Made by a program: the position numbers and the translations under genes. DNA of 33,236 nt from an uncultured delta proteobacterium (GTDB lineage: Bacteria > Desulfobacterota > Binatia > Bin18), in assembly GCA_963733195.1 (NCBI GenBank), contig CAVTCR010000020.1, positions 1-33,236 on the forward strand. Direction: 5' to 3'. Position 1 is the first letter of the stretch. Each line of letters opens with the position of its first letter. This document shows, piece by piece, positions 29,503-33,236 of the stretch. The notes beneath the pieces are model-generated. The model ran no database searches, was not told the DNA's origin, and was given only the letters and a program-made list of their open reading frames with translations.

Positions 29503-30282
29503 TCACATAGTACGGTGAAAAAGCGTGACCGTATTTTGCCAGGTCGCGGTGCCAACTCTTCCACAGGGCAACTTCTTGTCCTCAGCAATGACTTTGGCAA
29601 CCTGAACGACATAAGCCGGCTCGTTGCGTTTGCCACGGTACGGAAGTGGAGCGAGAAGCGGGCAATCCGTCTCAATCAATAAACGATCCAGAGGAACTAC
29701 GCGAGCAACCTCACGCAAATCTGCGGCACTCTTAAAAGTGACAATGCCGCTGAAGGAAATGTAAAGCCCGAGCTCAAGGAGCGTCTTCGCTTCTTCTGCA
29801 CTGCCAGTGAAACAATGCATAACACCTTGAATCTGTCCTTCACCTTCCTCGCGCAGAATCTGTGCCGCCTCGGAATATGCGTCGCGAACATGCATTGATA
29901 AAGGCAACTGTAACTCACGTGCGAGCCGGATGAAGGCACGAAAATGTGTCCGCTGTGCTTCACGTGGGGAGTTGTCGTAGTAAAAGTCGAGCCCGGTTTC
30001 CCCCAGACCGATCACCTTGGGATGCTGAGCTAACTCTCGCAATCGCACATACGTCTCATTGGTGATGGATTTCGCATCATGAGGATGGACGCCGACGACG
30101 GCAAAAACATCCTCATGCTCTTGGGCAAGGGCGATGGCTTTCTCGTTGTGCACGAAGTCGCCATTGGCACCGATAACGATGAAGCGCGACACCCCTGCGT
30201 CCCGCGCACGGGCGAGCATGGCGTTGCGGTCACCGTCAAACTGAGCGTCGGTGAGATGGCAGTGCGAGTCAGCGAGTATCAT
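29503..30282 (-). CDS. tatD: TatD family DNase
   Basis: DSHCHL, GVHPHDA, LGETGLDFYY, HVRDA, GVMHCFTG, LLIETDCP, RGKRNEP; ATGA overlap with metG; probable compensating indels near the C-terminus. Confidence 0.95.
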   Translation of the reverse strand: MILADSHCHLTDAQFDGDRNAMLARARDAGVSRFIVIGANGDFVHNEKAIALAQEHEDVFAVVGVHPHDAKSITNETYVRLRELAQHPKVIGLGETGLDFYYDNSPREAQRTHFRAFIRLARELQLPLSMHVRDAYSEAAQILREEGEGQIQGVMHCFTGSAEEAKTLLELGLYISFSGIVTFKSAADLREVARVVPLDRLLIETDCPLLAPLPYRGKRNEPAYVVQVAKVIAEDKKLPCGRVGTATWQNTVTLFHRTM

Positions 30283-31808
30283 TGTAAACGCGGGAAGAGA
30301 GCTTGTGACTTTTGTACTTGGTGCCCGGCAGGAAAAGCGTGACCCCAGGACAAGTTGTAGTTATTCCACTGTTCTTTGGGGAGATTCAGTAATGTCAGAA
30401 GTTTACTACTGGTCTCTGGCAAGAAAGGGATGAGTAATTGAGCGGCAATACGTAGCGCTTCCAAGAGATTATGCAGCACTGCCCCGACCCGCGGCATTTG
30501 CGCTTGGTCTTTGGCCAGCGTGAACGGTGCGGTTTCAGTAATGTATTTGTTGGCTTCGTTAGTCGCACGGAAGATTGATTCCAGAGCACGATTCAACGCT
30601 AAGTTAGTGACATGAGTTTCCACTTCATTGGTGGCTTGCGCAAAGGCCGCTGCCAGACGCTGATCGATATCAAGCGGCGGGATACTCAACGGCTGCACCA
30701 CGCCTTTGAAGTAGCGGTCTTGCATCGACAAGGTACGACTGATGAGATTCCCAAGATTGTTGGCTAAATCGCCATTGTAACGATTCGTGAGGTTCTCTTG
30801 GCGAAAGTCGGCGTCTTGACCGAAAACGCTCTCACGTAACAAAAAGTAACGAAATGCATCAAGCCCAATCTTCTCCTTCATATCCAACGGCGAGATCACA
30901 TTGCCCAGGCTCTTGGACATTTTCTGTCCTTCAACAGTCCAGAAGCCGTGGACATTCAAGTGTTTGTACAAGGGGAGACCCGCCGACATCAGCATTGTCG
31001 GCCAGAACACGCCGTGCGGTTTGAGGATATCTTTACCAATCACATGTTGAGCGACAGGCCAGAATTTCTCGAACACCTCTTCGCCTTTGTATTTCAAGCC
31101 GCTGATGTAATTGATGAGCGCATCAAACCATACATAGGTGACGTAGCGTTGATCGAACGGCAACTCGATACCCCATGTGAGACGACTCTTGGGGCGTGAA
31201 ATGCACAGGTCCCCAAGATTCTCATCGCGCAACATGCCGATGACCTCATTCTTGAATCCCTCAGGGCGAATAAAATCTGGGTTCGCTTCGATGTGGCGCA
31301 GCAAGCGTTCTTGATACTTGCTCATGCGGAAGAAATAATTTTCCTCCTCGATGAGCGTAGGTTCAGTAAGGTGATCAGGGCATTTACCATCGCGCAGTTC
31401 TTTGGGCGTATAAAACCGTTCACACCCGACGCAATAGAGTCCGCCATAGCGATGAAAGTAAATGTCCCCGACTTCGTGCACTTTGGTGAGGAACTCCTGC
31501 ACGTAACGAATGTGATACGGATCAGTGGTACGGATAAAGTGATCATAGGTGATATCACAGGTATCCCAGGCGGCACGAAATGACGCACTCACTCGATCGG
31601 TAAATTCTTTAGGAGAGACTCCGGCATCCGCAGCAGCTTGGGCAATCTTATTGCCGTGCTCGTCCGTACCGGTGAGATAAAAGGTGTCCCATCCACGTGC
31701 GCGATAATAGCGGGCGAGGGTATCGGTGATGATCATCGTATAGGCACTGCCAAGATGGGGATCGCCGTTCACGTAGTAAATTGGTGTCGTAATATAGGTT
31801 TGTGGCAT
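30279..31808 (-). CDS. metG: Methionine--tRNA ligase (short form without C-terminal tRNA-binding domain)
   Basis: YITTPIYYVN, HIGH-like HLGS, TGTDEHG, single Zn knuckle CVGC...CPDH, YVWFDALINY, KMSKS, LANNLGNL, ends LFPRL. Confidence 0.97.
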   Translation of the reverse strand: MPQTYITTPIYYVNGDPHLGSAYTMIITDTLARYYRARGWDTFYLTGTDEHGNKIAQAAADAGVSPKEFTDRVSASFRAAWDTCDITYDHFIRTTDPYHIRYVQEFLTKVHEVGDIYFHRYGGLYCVGCERFYTPKELRDGKCPDHLTEPTLIEEENYFFRMSKYQERLLRHIEANPDFIRPEGFKNEVIGMLRDENLGDLCISRPKSRLTWGIELPFDQRYVTYVWFDALINYISGLKYKGEEVFEKFWPVAQHVIGKDILKPHGVFWPTMLMSAGLPLYKHLNVHGFWTVEGQKMSKSLGNVISPLDMKEKIGLDAFRYFLLRESVFGQDADFRQENLTNRYNGDLANNLGNLISRTLSMQDRYFKGVVQPLSIPPLDIDQRLAAAFAQATNEVETHVTNLALNRALESIFRATNEANKYITETAPFTLAKDQAQMPRVGAVLHNLLEALRIAAQLLIPFLPETSSKLLTLLNLPKEQWNNYNLSWGHAFPAGHQVQKSQALFPRLQ

Positions 31809-31826
31809 AGAACCTCATTAAGATTT

Positions 31827-31941
31827 GGGGCGTAGAGGCGTGAAACGTGAACTAAAACGTAAAGCGTAAAACGTAATGGACGTAATATGAAACATGAGAC
31901 GTCATTTTTCACCAATCCCTAACTCCTAATCCCAACCCCTA
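31827..31941. repeat. Degenerate heptamer tandem arrays filling the holB-metG spacer
   Basis: AAACGTG...AAAACGT-AAAGCGT-AAAACGT, then CCAATCC-CTAACTC-CTAATCC-CAACCCC. Confidence 0.65.
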
Positions 31942-32961
31942 TTTTGCAAGTTGTAACAACATGTCCTCAACCGCTAACTGGCGGTTCGCGTTTCGTCCCA
32001 ACGCTTGCAGCGTATCATAGACGATGGTGAGCTGTTGCAGAGCCCCCTCTATACCGAAATGAGCGGCGATCTGGGCGATCGCTGGTAAACACGTCTGATG
32101 GCGGACTACTCCTTCAGCACCAAGGATCGAGTAGCGAAATACTTCCTCGTACCATGACAACACTAGCTCAAGGCGATCTCCACCGGTTGCACGCTCCTCT
32201 GCGGCTTCACTACTCTTGGCCGACTTCTTCACTCGGTCGGCAACTAACCATTCGGCGAAGCGAGAGAGATCAGTAAACGATGCTCCATTGAGTTTCTGTA
32301 GCTCCTCCTCAACATACCGTCGTTCTTCTGTGAAAAGTTGTGGGTCGAGGCTGAGCGCACGTCCGATACTTCCGCGACTATACAAAGCGAGTGCTTGAGC
32401 GGTCTCATTGTCCCTTCCATGCTCCTGCGTCAGGAGCATCTCGACCACCGAAGGCGATAAGGCTGCGAACCGTACCTGTTGGCAGCGAGAGAGCAGGGGG
32501 CGCGACAAGGTCGCGGAGTTGAGTGTCAACAAGATAAGCAATGCGTCTCCAGGTGGCTCTTCGACTATCTTAAGCAACGCACTCTGTGCCGCAGAGGTTA
32601 GGAGGTGTGCCTCTTCAACAATCGCGACTTTCTTTCTCCCTTGCACAGGGCGCAGGCTAAGGAGTCGTTGCAGATCGCGAACCTGTTCGATGGTCACTGA
32701 CTGCTTTCCTGCTTCTGGCCTGACGACCCGTACGTCTGGGTGTGTCCGTGCTCTGAGCATAACGCAGTTGTTGCAAGTTGCGCATCCCTCGCCCGGATGC
32801 AAGCTACAGAGGGCCGCACGGGTGAGAGCGAGCGCAGCTTGCTTCTTTCCCACTCCTGCTGGACCGACAAAAATATAAGCATGTGCCAAACGATCCTGAG
32901 ACAATGCATTGCGTAGTGTGGCAATCGCTGCTGTTTGGCCGTGAATCTCGTTGAGGAGCAT
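31939..32961 (-). CDS. holB: DNA polymerase III subunit delta'
   Basis: IHGQ, RLAHAYIFVGPAGVGK, Zn site C..CATCNNC, HPDV, IEQVRDL, ALLKIVEEPP, SRC motif; synteny with metG-tatD. Start placed at MLLNE. Confidence 0.93.
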   Translation of the reverse strand: MLLNEIHGQTAAIATLRNALSQDRLAHAYIFVGPAGVGKKQAALALTRAALCSLHPGEGCATCNNCVMLRARTHPDVRVVRPEAGKQSVTIEQVRDLQRLLSLRPVQGRKKVAIVEEAHLLTSAAQSALLKIVEEPPGDALLILLTLNSATLSRPLLSRCQQVRFAALSPSVVEMLLTQEHGRDNETAQALALYSRGSIGRALSLDPQLFTEERRYVEEELQKLNGASFTDLSRFAEWLVADRVKKSAKSSEAAEERATGGDRLELVLSWYEEVFRYSILGAEGVVRHQTCLPAIAQIAAHFGIEGALQQLTIVYDTLQALGRNANRQLAVEDMLLQLAK

Positions 32962-33020
32962 AAACGAGAACGTAAAACGGAACGAGAGGAGCGTAAAGGG
33001 GAATGGATACCGAATCCCTC

Positions 33021-33192
33021 CTAGATTCCGGCTGGAGTTTATCCTGCCTGCGCCAGTGCCGCAGGCGCAGGTGAGCGTGTCGAAGGGCTCCTCGCAATGA
33101 CTGACTCCGACCGCCAGCTCCTTTTTCGGGAGAATGACGACAACTCCCGATCCCGTCATTCCGGGCGAGTAACGCGAGACCCGGAATCCAGG
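33021..33192. repeat. Cluster of REP-like palindromes, one apparently nested inside another
   Basis: GAGTTTATCCTG[CCTGCGCC..GGCGCAGG]TGAGCGTGTCGAAGGGCTCCTCGCAATGAC; hairpin TCGGGAG/CTCCCGA (33126-33150); GTCATTCCGGG...CCCGGAATCCAG (33155 onward). Confidence 0.75.
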
Positions 33193-33236
33193 AGCGTTTT
33201 GTTCCTGCTGACCAGTCAAGTTGTCTTCGACCGCCT

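Noticed and set aside
1-33236. CRISPR array, cas genes, rRNA/tRNA, prophage, integrase or transposase
   Set aside because: No regularly spaced identical repeats, no cloverleaf or rRNA-like sequence and no such protein motifs were seen.

Overview
Bacterial chromosomal window (roughly 53-55% GC by eye) with about 28 genes. It has no rRNA, tRNA, CRISPR array, transposase, integrase or phage gene. The left and middle parts are accessory signalling, transport and catabolic genes: a zinc-ribbon/class III nucleotide cyclase/AAA-STAND/TPR gene, a stand-alone cNMP-binding protein, three paralogous secreted proteins of unknown family, an MFS transporter, a methyltransferase, an alpha/beta hydrolase, an IPMDH-family dehydrogenase, LLM-pyrE-LLM, an AKR-GST-small partner-amidase operon, SRAP, a Cys-less AhpD/CMD, a Ca2+/H+ antiporter beside a Kup/KimA-like USP-fused transporter, SnoaL, a CaiB CoA-transferase, two tandem dihydropyrimidinase-like paralogs and Tam. 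The right end is the housekeeping block holB-metG-tatD. About 11 genes are broken by small indels yet keep their catalytic motifs, which most likely reflects long-read sequencing error. Intergenic spacers are full of REP-like palindromes of several families (one apparently nested, with a TG duplication) and degenerate 7-nt tandem repeats. Gene content suggests a Deltaproteobacteria/Binatia-like environmental organism (inference only). Best candidates for something undescribed: the three-copy secreted protein family near the cNMP genes, the Kup/KimA-like transporter-CAX pair, the divergent tandem cyclic amidohydrolases, and the AKR-GST-amidase operon. None is proven from sequence alone.
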